A stretch of DNA of 61,493 nt, counting the filler. It is 6 parts of 6 records of this genome, joined end to end, with 100 filler letters (N's around TTAATTAATTAA, not from the genome) between each part and the next. Parts side by side here need not be neighbours in the genome. Positions count along the whole stretch, not along the records: positions 9,157 to 17,346 come from SRR31156797_9060; positions 17,447 to 29,729 come from SRR31156797_9062; 4 more parts are not named here. One strand, given 5' to 3'. Shown one piece after another: positions 9,182 through 19,165 of this stretch. The translations under genes and the position numbers were made by a program. Position 1 is the stretch's first letter. Every line of letters begins with the position of its first letter. The notes under the pieces are model-generated. The model had not been told where the DNA came from, made no database searches, and saw only the letters and a list, made by a program, of their open reading frames with translations.

Positions 9182-10135
9182 CTACAGGGCGGCAGCCAGG
9201 GCGGCGAGGTTCCGCTCCATGGTCTCGAGATAGGCATCCACGGCCACCCCATCGCCGTTGCCAACGGCGGGATCCATGGCGTCGAGCACCACCAGCCTTG
9301 CCCCGGTCTGGCGCAATACGTCCATGATCGCCTTGTCCGGCTCCCATTTATGGAGGACCACCTTGATGTCGTTGTCCAGGATCGCCTGTTTAAAGGCAAC
9401 AAGATCTTCCCCTGTCCAGTCGATCTCGGGTTTCAGGAAATAGTCGACCACCTCGATGTTGAAGTTGTCGGTGAGATAGATGAACTCCCCGGTCATGGCG
9501 ATCACCTCCAGGCTGTCAAGCCGTGCGAACCGGGATTCATACCCGCTCCTGAACTTGAAGACCTCCTGTTTCAGTTCCCTGAGGTTTTGCCCGATCACGG
9601 CCCTGTCCCCAGGGCTCAGCCGTTGCAGGTCCGCTGCGATGATGTCCGCCATCCGGGAGGCATTGGCAAGGCTGAGCCAGAGCTTGAGGCAGGGTTTTCC
9701 GCCAGGGCCGTCCCCATTGGCCGGGGCATCCAGGAGGGCCACCCCGGACTGGCGACGGTCAAAGGGCATGGCGGCATCGATCTCGATGGTGGCGATATTT
9801 TTCCCCCGGGCCGCCGGGAACAGCGGATCCCCGGGCCAGGCGCTGCGGAGGGTGACCACGGCCGCAGCCTGGCCCAACCGCCCTGCCAGCTGATCGCCAT
9901 GGGTCTTGATATAATGCGGCTGGCTTTTCATGCTCACCCCCCGGGGAAAAAGATGGGCCGCCTTGAGGGCCGTGCCCCGGCAGAGCCTTGCCGTCAGTGA
10001 ATAGGTGGCCTGGAGGGAGGTGAGCACACACTTGCCGCCCGTGTCGCCCTCCCGGGCATGCACCGCCCCTGTCCCAACCGCCATGATAAGGATACCCGCC
10101 ATCACCGTGATAATTTTCTTCAAAATAGTCTCCAT
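9182..10135 (-). CDS. fpvF: Metal ABC transporter solute-binding protein (FpvF-like second SBP)
   Basis: Probable true start METILKK with a signal peptide; ZnuA-fold features (LWLSLANASRMADIIAADL); last gene of the operon. Confidence 0.7.
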   Translation of the reverse strand: METILKKIITVMAGILIMAVGTGAVHAREGDTGGKCVLTSLQATYSLTARLCRGTALKAAHLFPRGVSMKSQPHYIKTHGDQLAGRLGQAAAVVTLRSAWPGDPLFPAARGKNIATIEIDAAMPFDRRQSGVALLDAPANGDGPGGKPCLKLWLSLANASRMADIIAADLQRLSPGDRAVIGQNLRELKQEVFKFRSGYESRFARLDSLEVIAMTGEFIYLTDNFNIEVVDYFLKPEIDWTGEDLVAFKQAILDNDIKVVLHKWEPDKAIMDVLRQTGARLVVLDAMDPAVGNGDGVAVDAYLETMERNLAALAAAL

Positions 10136-10164
10136 GTTTTCATCAGTTAATGGATCGCCGCCCC

Positions 10165-11082
10165 TTAGATGGCGGCCTCTTTGAACCGTCCCCCGGCCAT
10201 GCGGACGAGGGCCGTCACCAGGAAAAACACCGACGCCGCAAGGATGATCGCCCCGCCCGACGGCACGGGAATTTCCAGCTCCATGGGCAGGATCACCCCC
10301 ACCAGGCAGCTCAGGGTGGAAAAGGCGACGCTGTAAAAGAAAAAGCCCTTCATGGAGCGGCTGATGTTCCGTGCGGCCGCGGCCGGAATGATGAACAGCG
10401 CCTCCACCAGCACGGCCCCGACAATCTTGAGGGAGGCCACCGTGATCACCGTGATCATCAGGATAAACACGTACTCCAAAAGTTTTACCCGGATGCCCCG
10501 GACATGGGCCAGGCTGGGATTGAAACTTGCCATGAGCATCCTGTTGTACAGGGGCAGCCCCACCCCGGCACAGAGGACGGAAATGATCAGCAGCACGTTC
10601 ATGTCCGTGTCGTTGACGGTCAGAATGGAACCGAACAAAATGTTGTCCAGCACATGCATGTTCACCTTGCTGGTCACATACAAAAGCACACAGGCCCCAA
10701 AGGCAAGGGAGATGGAGAGGAACACCCCGATCACCGTGTCCGACGACATCCGGGTACGATTCCGGGTAAAGTTCATCACCAGGCCGAACAGGATGCAGAA
10801 CCCGAACAGGGACGCATAGGGAGAGGTGTAGGGCTCCCCCAGCACAATGCCGATGGCCACCCCGGTCAGGGCGGCCTGGCCCACGGCCTGGGAGAAAAAG
10901 GCCAGGTGCTTGGTGACCACCATGGTGCCCACCCCGCCCAGCAGGGGGCCGATGAGCAGGGCGCACAGGATCGAGTTAACCACAAAGGCGTACTGAAAGG
11001 ATTCCGGGAGCACCCCGGCCCGGGCCCAATGTTCACAGAAGATGCGAATAATATCGTAAAAAGAGTTCATGACCGTTACCAT
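10165..11082 (-). CDS. fpvE: Metal ABC transporter permease (ZnuB/FpvE-like)
   Basis: Multiple TM segments; LFGSILTV, KIVGAVLVEALFIIPAAAA and PSGGAII. Confidence 0.85.
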   Translation of the reverse strand: MVTVMNSFYDIIRIFCEHWARAGVLPESFQYAFVVNSILCALLIGPLLGGVGTMVVTKHLAFFSQAVGQAALTGVAIGIVLGEPYTSPYASLFGFCILFGLVMNFTRNRTRMSSDTVIGVFLSISLAFGACVLLYVTSKVNMHVLDNILFGSILTVNDTDMNVLLIISVLCAGVGLPLYNRMLMASFNPSLAHVRGIRVKLLEYVFILMITVITVASLKIVGAVLVEALFIIPAAAARNISRSMKGFFFYSVAFSTLSCLVGVILPMELEIPVPSGGAIILAASVFFLVTALVRMAGGRFKEAAI

Positions 11083-11111
11083 GTTTTCAAGAAGTTAAAT
11101 TTATGCCCCGG

Positions 11112-11822
11112 CTATCGTGCCGAAAAGGCATCGAGGATCTGTTGGGAGGAGAGCACCCGGTCCGGCGCCCCGGAAAAGAGCATCCCCTTGTTGACGCAGG
11201 TGACCCCGTCCGCCATGGCCTTCACCTCCTTGAGGTCGTGATGAATCCAGAAGATGGTGGTGCCCTGGTGCTTCAATTCCGTCAGGAGCTCGTAGAGCAT
11301 CCGGCCGCCGTCCTTGTCAAGCCCGGTCATGGGCTCGTCCAGGATGAGAAACGTGGGAAATGGCAGCAGGGCCTGGGCCAGGAGCAGCCGCTGGCGCTCC
11401 CCCCCGGAGAGCTGGCCCATGGTGCGCTTCCGTTTTTCCATCAGCCCCACCCGGGAAAGGGCCCGGTCAATGGCGGGCCTGAGCCCGGCCTTGATCCCGG
11501 TGAACGCCGGCCGGTCCTGGCACACCATGGCCATGAAATCATCCACGGTGATGGGCAGGGTATGGTCGAAATCGAGCACCTGGGGCACATACCCCATGGT
11601 GACCGATCCCGGAGCGGCGATGGCGATCTCGCCGGTGTGGGGCATCTGGCCGAGCAGGGACCGGAGCAGGGAGGTCTTGCCCCCGCCGTTGGGCCCGATG
11701 AGGCAATGGATGGTGCCGGGATCGATGGTAAAGCTGACATCCTCCAGGATGGAGGTGTTGCCCAAGGTAAGGTTCACCCGGCTGAAGGAGACCCCCGGCC
11801 CCTTAATTGACGGTGTGGCCAT
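11112..11822 (-). CDS. fpvD: Metal ABC transporter ATP-binding protein (ZnuC/FpvD-like)
   Basis: Walker A GPNGGGKTS, GYVPQ, signature LSGGERQR, LDEP and HHD. Confidence 0.9.
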   Translation of the reverse strand: MATPSIKGPGVSFSRVNLTLGNTSILEDVSFTIDPGTIHCLIGPNGGGKTSLLRSLLGQMPHTGEIAIAAPGSVTMGYVPQVLDFDHTLPITVDDFMAMVCQDRPAFTGIKAGLRPAIDRALSRVGLMEKRKRTMGQLSGGERQRLLLAQALLPFPTFLILDEPMTGLDKDGGRMLYELLTELKHQGTTIFWIHHDLKEVKAMADGVTCVNKGMLFSGAPDRVLSSQQILDAFSAR

Positions 11823-12759
11823 CTGTCTTTCCCTCTTTTGCGATGCGGTTGTCGTGGGACTCGATCAAGGCGGCGGTCAGGGCCTCGATGTTTGCCCGGA
11901 GCCCGTTTTCAAAATCGTCCACCGTGTAGTTGCCGTTGGTCAAATGGGAGAGATAACGAACCCGAATCCCGGTCTCCTTGTGAATGGTGTCCACATATTT
12001 GTCCGGAAAATTCATCTCGGTAAAGATCACGTCCACGTCAAGGTCCCTGATCTTGTCAATGGTCTTGGCCAGCTGGCTGGCCGTGGGCTTGAGGCCGTGG
12101 CTCGGCTCGATCACGGCCGTCACCTGGAGCCCGAACTCCTGGAGCAGGTAGTCATACCCCCCGTGGATGGTTGCGCAGCGGAAATCGATCCTGGGCAGGT
12201 CGGCGAGCTTTTCCATATATTCGGCCTTCATCCGTCTCAATTTCCGGACATAGGCCCGGGCGTTTTTGCGGTAGGCCGTCCGGTTGGCAGGGTCCAGCTT
12301 TCCAAGGGCCCGGCTGATGTTGTAAATCTGCTGGATGGAGGCTGTGATGGAAATGAAGGTGTGGGGATTGACCACCTTTGTTTTTGAATCGGTCCCGGCA
12401 ATGGGAATCAGGGACACCCCCTCATTGGCGTAGATCAAGGGGATCTTGCCCTTCATCCGGGAGGCCTCCAGGATCTCAAAGGCGAATTCATCATGGCCGA
12501 TGCCGTTGAGCACCAGCACATCGAGCCCCATGATCCGCTTGATATCGTCGGGCTGGGGCTTGTAGGCATGGGGGTTGAACCCCGGCTTGATCAGGGGCAC
12601 CACCTCGGCCAGCTCCCCCACGATATTGGCGGCAAAGCTGTAGTAGGGGTGAAGGGTCACCCCGATCCTGAGTTTTTCAGCAGGGGACGCGGCCGTGGCC
12701 CCGCTTGCGAAAACCAGTGCCAGAAGCGCTGTCAGGACAATTATCGATTTCAGTTTCAT
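11803..12759 (-). CDS. fpvC: Metal ABC transporter solute-binding protein (FpvC-like)
   Basis: KLRIGVTLHPYYSF..NIVG, GFNPHAY, LNGIGHD, VVNPHTF and TIHGGYDYLL closely resemble Pseudomonas FpvC as I recall it. Confidence 0.85.
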   Translation of the reverse strand: MKLKSIIVLTALLALVFASGATAASPAEKLRIGVTLHPYYSFAANIVGELAEVVPLIKPGFNPHAYKPQPDDIKRIMGLDVLVLNGIGHDEFAFEILEASRMKGKIPLIYANEGVSLIPIAGTDSKTKVVNPHTFISITASIQQIYNISRALGKLDPANRTAYRKNARAYVRKLRRMKAEYMEKLADLPRIDFRCATIHGGYDYLLQEFGLQVTAVIEPSHGLKPTASQLAKTIDKIRDLDVDVIFTEMNFPDKYVDTIHKETGIRVRYLSHLTNGNYTVDDFENGLRANIEALTAALIESHDNRIAKEGKTDGHTVN

Positions 12760-13391
12760 GACTGTTCCTCTCCTTTCAATCGTTTGACTTCCTCTTCCCC
12801 CTTATAGGGAACCACCTCTTTCCATCCCTTGGCCATGAGGGCCTGGTCCGTCACAATTTCAGGGAACGCGACATCCGGCGCATCATGGTGCCAGATCTCG
12901 TAGGGCGGATGTTCCACCGTGTCCGCACCCGGCCCCTTGCCTGCATGGTCATGGAGCATCACCAGGAGAAAGCAGCCAAAACCGCCGGCGTCCCGGGGCA
13001 CGCCAAGATAAAGGGCCACATGCCGGGTGCCGGACCAGGGCACCCGCTGTTCCCATGCAAGGCGGCCCCGCTTTTCCCACACCTGGTCCTGTACAAAGGG
13101 CGGCATGAACTCATCTTCCAGGGTGGCCAGGGAGGGCCACTCCTCATCCCCCATGCCGTGGAGCTCATTGATCTCCATGGCGGCGGCGTAAAGATCGTTG
13201 AAGGTACCCTGCTCAAGGGTGTTCAGATCCCTGAAGGCGGAGATCTGGTGGTCCTTGAGCACCTTTTCGTCACTGGGCCGGATGCGCCCGGCAATGACCC
13301 CGCCCGCTATCATTACCACCACCGCAACGGCCACAAAGAGATAAATCACCTCGGACCGGGTGCTCACCGGTTTGACAATCTGTTGTTCCAT
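12756..13391 (-). CDS. DUF6162/FpvK-like membrane-anchored protein
   Basis: One N-terminal TM; WPSLATL...MPPF..D..W motif; C-terminal L...GWKEV; overlaps the start of the SBP gene. Confidence 0.7.
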   Translation of the reverse strand: MEQQIVKPVSTRSEVIYLFVAVAVVVMIAGGVIAGRIRPSDEKVLKDHQISAFRDLNTLEQGTFNDLYAAAMEINELHGMGDEEWPSLATLEDEFMPPFVQDQVWEKRGRLAWEQRVPWSGTRHVALYLGVPRDAGGFGCFLLVMLHDHAGKGPGADTVEHPPYEIWHHDAPDVAFPEIVTDQALMAKGWKEVVPYKGEEEVKRLKGEEQS

Positions 13392-13408
13392 TCGCTTCTC
13401 CTTTAGTA

Positions 13409-13458
13409 GGGGTCAGGTCTACACACTTGACACCAGTCAAGAGTGTAGACCTGACCCC
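13409..13458. repeat. REP-like long inverted repeat
   Basis: ggggtcaggtctacac-a-cttgac-acca-gtcaag-a-gtgtagacctgacccc; 22 of 23 arm positions pair. Confidence 0.75.
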
Positions 13459-13497
13459 GGTATAACAGACCAAACTTACCCCAACCCTAGCCCAACA

Positions 13498-14907
13498 TTA
13501 ACAGATGGTAAGGTTGGGCAGACAAAGGGCAAAGGTGGTGCCCCGGTCAAGGACGGACTCCACCTCGATGGTGCCCCGGTGGGCCCGGGCAAAGGCCATG
13601 GCAAGGCTCAACCCCAGGCCGTTGCCGGGCAGGCTCCGGCTGAGATCCGCCCGATAAAACCGGTGGAATATCCTGGGCAGCGCGTCCGGGGCAATGCCCA
13701 TACCGCTGTCCGTCACCAGGATTCTCGCAATGTTGTTCTCGAGGATGGCGGACAGGCGCACCCTGCCGCCGGAAGGCGTGTACTTGAGGGCGTTGTCCAC
13801 AAGGTTGGAAAGGGCCCGCTGGATCTTCCGAAGATCCCCCCGGACGGTAAAGCACGCCACGGTGCCGGTTTCAAGCAAGATGCCGGTTTCTTCAGCCAGA
13901 GGCTGAAACATCTCCAGGGTCCTTGAGATCAGTTCCGCCGCCCCCATTCGGGCCACGGTGATCTCCCCCAGGCCGGCCTCGGCCTCGGAGATCTCCAGCA
14001 TGGTGTTGATCATATGAATCTGGCGGTCGCACTCCTCCACAATGCCGCCCAGGGTCTCCATCCCCTCTCCGATAACGCAGCCGTTGGCGACGGCCATCTC
14101 AGCAAGCCCCCGGATCCGGGTCACCGGGCTCCTCAAGTCATGGGCAATGTTGTCGTTGACCTCCTGCATCTCCCGGACAAGGGTTTCGATGCGGTCGGCC
14201 ATCCGGTTATAGGTTCGGCCCAGGCGCGCCATCTCCTCCCCCGCGCCCGTCAAAGCAACCCGCTCCCGGAAATCGCCGTCCGCCACCCGCTGGACCGCCC
14301 TGGTAACGGCGTCAAGCCCGGCCAGGGCCTTCCTGGCCATCACCGTGCCCACACCGATGCCCGCCACCAGCATCCCAAGGACAAGAACGGCCGAGGCGGT
14401 ACGCACCTTGGCGAGAAAGGCGATCTCGTCCTTGAGGGAAACGGTGATCTGCAAAATCCTGTCCCGGGCAATGGCGGCGCTGAGCACCCGGGCCCTGCCC
14501 CGGTCATCGGCAAGGGCCAGGTCCGTCAGCACCAGCCCCTCGGCTTTGGCCCGGACCAGCCAGTTAGTATCCCATGGCACCCCCACCCAGGCCGAGGGAT
14601 CCGAGGAGACAAGGCGCTCGCCCAGGGGGGAAACCAGGCTGTAAAAAACCCGGGAAGTGCCCCTGGCCCCTGCCTCGTCAAAGAATTTTCCCTGGACGGT
14701 GGGCCGGTCGTGAAAGGCGGCATAGTGGGCAAGGGCGCGCTTCTGTTCCATGAGCCGAAGGTCCGCCCCGCGCATGACATGGGATGAGATCATCCAGTAG
14801 AGAAGGACAATCCCGGCAAGGGAGGCAAGCCCGAAGATCAGGGCGTAGGTAATCCCCAGCCGGAAGGCCAGGCTCCTGAAGCGCTCAGGCAGCCATTTCC
14901 AGGACAT
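13498..14907 (-). CDS. HAMP-domain sensor histidine kinase
   Basis: Two TMs, HAMP, H-box AHDLRSP, N-box NLVDNALKY, DSGMGI and GNGLGL; start overlaps the response regulator. Confidence 0.9.
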   Translation of the reverse strand: MSWKWLPERFRSLAFRLGITYALIFGLASLAGIVLLYWMISSHVMRGADLRLMEQKRALAHYAAFHDRPTVQGKFFDEAGARGTSRVFYSLVSPLGERLVSSDPSAWVGVPWDTNWLVRAKAEGLVLTDLALADDRGRARVLSAAIARDRILQITVSLKDEIAFLAKVRTASAVLVLGMLVAGIGVGTVMARKALAGLDAVTRAVQRVADGDFRERVALTGAGEEMARLGRTYNRMADRIETLVREMQEVNDNIAHDLRSPVTRIRGLAEMAVANGCVIGEGMETLGGIVEECDRQIHMINTMLEISEAEAGLGEITVARMGAAELISRTLEMFQPLAEETGILLETGTVACFTVRGDLRKIQRALSNLVDNALKYTPSGGRVRLSAILENNIARILVTDSGMGIAPDALPRIFHRFYRADLSRSLPGNGLGLSLAMAFARAHRGTIEVESVLDRGTTFALCLPNLTIC

Positions 14908-15562
14908 AGCCCAGCCCTTTGACGGTTTTGATGATTTTCCTGCCGGTCTGGTCGAATAGTTTTTTCCGGAGGCGGGAGACACAGGCCTCGACCACGTTGG
15001 TGGTGGGATCAAAGCTGTAGTCCCAGACATGGTCCATGATCATGGTCTTTGAAATGATGCGGTCCGGATGGCGCATGAGATATTCCAGCAACGCGAATTC
15101 CCGGGGCTGGAGCTCCACCCGGCGATCGTTGAAGCAAAGGCTGTGCCTGGCAAGATCCATCTCAAACCCGGCAAAGGAGAGGCTTGTGGGCTCCAGGGTG
15201 CCCGAGGCCCGGCGCAACAGCGCCTGGAGCCGCGCAACCAGTTCCGCAAAGGCAAAGGGTTTGACCAGGTAATCGTCCCCCCCGGCCTCCAGGCCCTTGA
15301 TGCGGTCCGCCACCTTTTGCCTGGCGGATAGAAAAATGATGGGGGTGTTCACCTTCCGGCTTCGGGCCGACGTCACCATGGCAAGGCCGTCCATCCGGGG
15401 CAGCATGATATCCACCACCGCCCCGTCATAGGTGTTGGTCAGCAGCAGCTCAAGCCCTGCTTCCCCGTCTCCGGCATGGTCCACGGCATACCCCGCATGC
15501 TTGAGCCCGTCGACCACAAAGGTCACAATTTTGGTGTCATCTTCCACAAAAAGAAGCCGCAT
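14885..15562 (-). CDS. OmpR-family response regulator
   Basis: VEDD, DIMLP, GGDDYLVKPF; winged helix VEACVSRLRKK and TVKGLGY. Confidence 0.92.
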   Translation of the reverse strand: MRLLFVEDDTKIVTFVVDGLKHAGYAVDHAGDGEAGLELLLTNTYDGAVVDIMLPRMDGLAMVTSARSRKVNTPIIFLSARQKVADRIKGLEAGGDDYLVKPFAFAELVARLQALLRRASGTLEPTSLSFAGFEMDLARHSLCFNDRRVELQPREFALLEYLMRHPDRIISKTMIMDHVWDYSFDPTTNVVEACVSRLRKKLFDQTGRKIIKTVKGLGYVLEMAA

Positions 15563-16020
15563 TTATTCCCTCTATCTCCATGTTTGTCAGCCAGTCGCCC
15601 ATAGATAGACAATAAACTTCTTTTTGTAAAGAATTAAAAATGCGCACCTGCGCAAATCATTAGGCATACCTAAAGGAAGAGAAAACAGGAGCGGGTCCCT
15701 CCTATTCCCCGCCTGAAAAAAGTTCAATCATATAAGCCCTGTCCCTGCAGGCGACTGCCCGTTTAAAGACCTTGCAAGGAGACGGACTTCGAACATTTTT
15801 CTTATTGACAAATATTTTTTTCTACCCTAAACACATACCTTTACCACGATTGAAAATTATTTGGCATACCAAACTATATCCAAATAATCTAATCGCGTTC
15901 AGGAAATTTAAAGAAATCAGGGGGGGGACATTGCCGGAACGTTTGCGTACCCGTAACAAAGGCCCCCCGGCATGAAATAAAATTTTTGGTTAAATTGGAA
16001 GGATCCAATTCAAAGCTGCT

Positions 16021-17346
16021 ATGAAATTAAAAAATTTAAAGATCACCCACAAAATCATCTGCGGGCTTGCCGTCCTGCTGAGCCTCACCCTCGCCATCGG
16101 CGCAGGTGCCCTCTACAGCGCCAGGATGTTCAAGGAAAAAACCGAGCGGAACATTGCCCTGGAAGAGCTGATCACCCTGGCGGAAGAGATGGAGGAAACC
16201 GCCCAGAAGTGGCTTGTTCACCGGGAAAGCCTGGCCCGGCAGGCATCCGCCGGTAACGAGGCGGATGGGGGCCTGAAGAAAAATCCCCTTGAAACCTACC
16301 AGGCCCTGCGGAAACAGGTCCGCACCCGGTCGGACCGCCTGGCCTCAACCGGGCTTTCTCCCTGGGAATCAAAGGCCCTGACCGATATGACAGATATTTT
16401 GAACGCCTATGACGCCGCCTTTCACAGCTACCGGACCCAGTTTGACCGGGGGGTGGCCCTCATGGATCAGCTGCGGGAACAGGCCAACCGGATCCTGGGA
16501 TCCGCCCTTTCCCTGGACAGGGCGGTCAAGCGGAAGGCCCAGAAGCTGAACCTGCGCCTGGCGCATCTCAAACAACAGCTTTCCCAGGGGACCGTCCCTG
16601 CAGACCCAACCACCCTCGGGGAAGTGATGGCCATCACCGATGCCTTGGCGACCGAGGCCGAGCGCACGGGGCTGACGGCCATCCTGATCAACAAGCCCCT
16701 TGGATTTCAGGAGATGGCCAAGGATTTTGTTCTCTACCAGGAAGATGCCAGCGGCAGCGGCCTGATCACGGACATGGAAAAACTGCTCGGCATCGATGGG
16801 GCCGCCACCATGGGGGCCTCCCTGCCAGCCATGAAGCCGTCCTTCACCTCGGGCCGGGAAGGAAAGCTCTTTGACAAAATCACCAAAGGCACGGAAGAAT
16901 ACCTCTCCCGGTTCAAGGAATATTATGACCTGAATTTCGCCCTGCGGGCCACCATGCAGCTGATGGATACCAAGCGTGAGTTGTTCCAGGCGCGTACCGC
17001 CGACATCCGGACCGCCCATGTGGCAGCCCTGGCGGCTTTCCAGGGAAAAGCCGCCCGTTTCCTGATCGGTTTGACCTGCGCCGCCCTGGCGCTGGGGGGG
17101 ATGATCGGTTTCAGCCTTGTCCGGCAGGTGGTTGGTCCCATCAAAAAGGTGGGGTCCGGCCTCAGGGACATCGCTTCGGGGGAAGGCGACCTGACCAAAC
17201 GGCTGGATGTGACGTCCCGGGACGAGGTGGGCAGCCTGGCCAGGTGGTTCAACCTGTTTGCCCAAAAACTGCAGGAGATGCTCAAGGAGTTTGCCGGAAA
17301 TGCCGAAACCCTCAACCGCTCTTCCCAAGACTTTTTAAGCATTTCG
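16021..17346 (+). CDS. Methyl-accepting chemotaxis protein, 3' truncated
   Basis: TM-periplasmic-TM layout; HAMP region IASGEGDLTKRL..DEVGSLARWFN. Confidence 0.8.
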
Positions 17347-17446
17347 NNNNNNNNNNNNNNNNNNNNNNNNNNNNNNNNNNNNNNNNNNNNTTAATTAATT
17401 AANNNNNNNNNNNNNNNNNNNNNNNNNNNNNNNNNNNNNNNNNNNN
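17347..17446. other. Artificial contig spacer
   Basis: N-run with TTAATTAATTAA. Confidence 0.98.
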
Positions 17447-17480
17447 TTTCAAAACAACATCGTTGTGCTATAATTGCATA

Positions 17481-17553
17481 TGCGCTGCATGGTAGTCCTA
17501 TTACCGTGTAGTGCGAAGTCGGGGTACTCCAATACCCTGGCTTCTCTTATTTT
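17481..17553 (+). ncRNA. Candidate ~70-nt two-hairpin small RNA
   Basis: Extended -10 TGcTATAAT at 17466-17474; 15-bp and 12-bp GC-rich stems with 7 G-U pairs in total; U-rich tail. Confidence 0.55.
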
Positions 17554-17806
17554 AAAGTTAATCCCATAAATCTTAAACAAATAAATAAAATCACCAATGC
17601 TTCAATGGTTATTTTATGAAATCTTGTTTTTAGATTTATTGATTCACTTATTTGCAATTAGTTTTATATTCAGTTTTAATGAAACAGCTCCCACATTATG
17701 AAAATCAAATACGGGTGACAATTTCTCTTACTAAGAGTTTAGCACATGTTCGTATTGAAAATCAAGTGGCAATTATAGAAAATATATAAAGTTACAAATT
17801 TAGTTT

Positions 17807-17841
17807 TTCCTCACTATATAGTGAGGATTTTTTTATTTTTT
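17807..17841 (+). terminator. Intrinsic terminator
   Basis: tcctcac-tatata-gtgagga followed by a long T-tract. Confidence 0.65.
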
Positions 17842-18126
17842 GATGAAAAATTTGAGATTTGGTGTTTTTGATTGTGGGATTTGAGTGATTGGGAGTTAGT
17901 TTTGATAACAAAGTTATAATTTTTAATAAAAATATATTGTCAAGTTATAATGTAATGGTTTATGGTGATATTTAAATTTGAATTATGTGTGAGATGAATG
18001 ATATAATTAGTGTTAAGGTGTGAGGGAAAAATTACGCGCAGTGTAGTTTCATGTTATTTCCTGCACAGATACAAAAGACGCACAACATTTATGTCATTAA
18101 GTAATAATTTTAAAGGAGTTTACCTG

Positions 18127-19119
18127 ATGAATTTAATAAAAAACTTTAAAAAAGAAGTTAAAATTTTTAGACATTTAACTAATTATAAATCGACTTTTTC
18201 TACTTGGAGTAAATTGGATAGTTTCACAAAAGTTAACTTTAGATTCTACTTATTTATCTCAACTATTTTTTCATTAATCTTTCTCATTATTAATAAAATC
18301 TTATTTTTTTTATTTTTAGTAGGAGCTATCATTTTTTTATTAAATAGAATTGGATTTTCAATTAGTTTTTATGAAGAAGGAATTAAAATTGAAAAATTTT
18401 ATTTCGGGTTAATTTTTAAAAAAATGATAATTTCATATGATGAAATTCAAGAAATAAATGTAATTCGAAATAATTTTGCTTCAAATAAGGTTGATATCAT
18501 TATTATTTTAACTAATAATTTGATAGTTTCATTAAAATCTATTAATTTTCAAAATATAAATAGAATAAAGAATAATACTTCTTTTGAAAATATTAAACTA
18601 ATCGAAAATAATGTTTCCTTTCATAATAAAGCTATATTCCACAACAACGTTAACGTAGACACTTGGGATAGAAAATTAGAAATACCAAAACATCGGTTAT
18701 CTTCTATCCTGATATTGGGATATTTATTTATTCTAGGACTTTCAATTATAAAACCTTTTTTATTTATTTTTATAATTGCTTTGCTAATCTTTCAATATAC
18801 GTTAACTCAAGGTAATTTAATAATATATAATAAGGGTATTGAATTAATTGTTAGGAATTATAAAAGGAAAGTGATTAAAACGATATTTTTAAAATATGAT
18901 GATGTTTCTTCTCTAAAAATTATTGGAGCACGACATCAAACTAACACTGCAAGTTTGTTTATCCAAAGTAAAGACAAAAAAATTAAAGAAGTTATAGGAA
19001 TTTTTAATTTAATCAGATTAGAAAAACACCTTAATGAATTATATAAGGAGTATTCCCATTTAAGACAAGGTACATTTAGCAATTCTAACAATAAGAGTGC
19101 TTTTTTTAAAAAAATTTAA
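18127..19119 (+). CDS. Hypothetical membrane protein with two repeated TM-hairpin/PH-like modules
   Basis: SD aaggag before the ATG at 18127; repeated pattern FYEEGIKI..ISYDEI / IYNKGIEL..LKYDDV. Confidence 0.6.
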   Translation: MNLIKNFKKEVKIFRHLTNYKSTFSTWSKLDSFTKVNFRFYLFISTIFSLIFLIINKILFFLFLVGAIIFLLNRIGFSISFYEEGIKIEKFYFGLIFKKMIISYDEIQEINVIRNNFASNKVDIIIILTNNLIVSLKSINFQNINRIKNNTSFENIKLIENNVSFHNKAIFHNNVNVDTWDRKLEIPKHRLSSILILGYLFILGLSIIKPFLFIFIIALLIFQYTLTQGNLIIYNKGIELIVRNYKRKVIKTIFLKYDDVSSLKIIGARHQTNTASLFIQSKDKKIKEVIGIFNLIRLEKHLNELYKEYSHLRQGTFSNSNNKSAFFKKI

Positions 19120-19165
19120 CTAAAAATAAACTACAAAATAAGAATTTAGAAATTAAGGAGGAATA

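Noticed and set aside
15690-15975. Hairpins between the response regulator and the MCP, considered as a c-di-GMP riboswitch
   Set aside because: The GEMM consensus (GGCAAA...GAAA...GACGCAAAG) is absent, and short stems are expected in GC-rich DNA.
9161-17342. Many long overlapping or antisense ORFs, including the 594-aa extension to 10966
   Set aside because: Shadow ORFs of GC-rich coding DNA that overlap well-supported genes and carry no motifs.
17850-17910. G/T-skewed semi-periodic stretch
   Set aside because: No definable repeat unit or structure.
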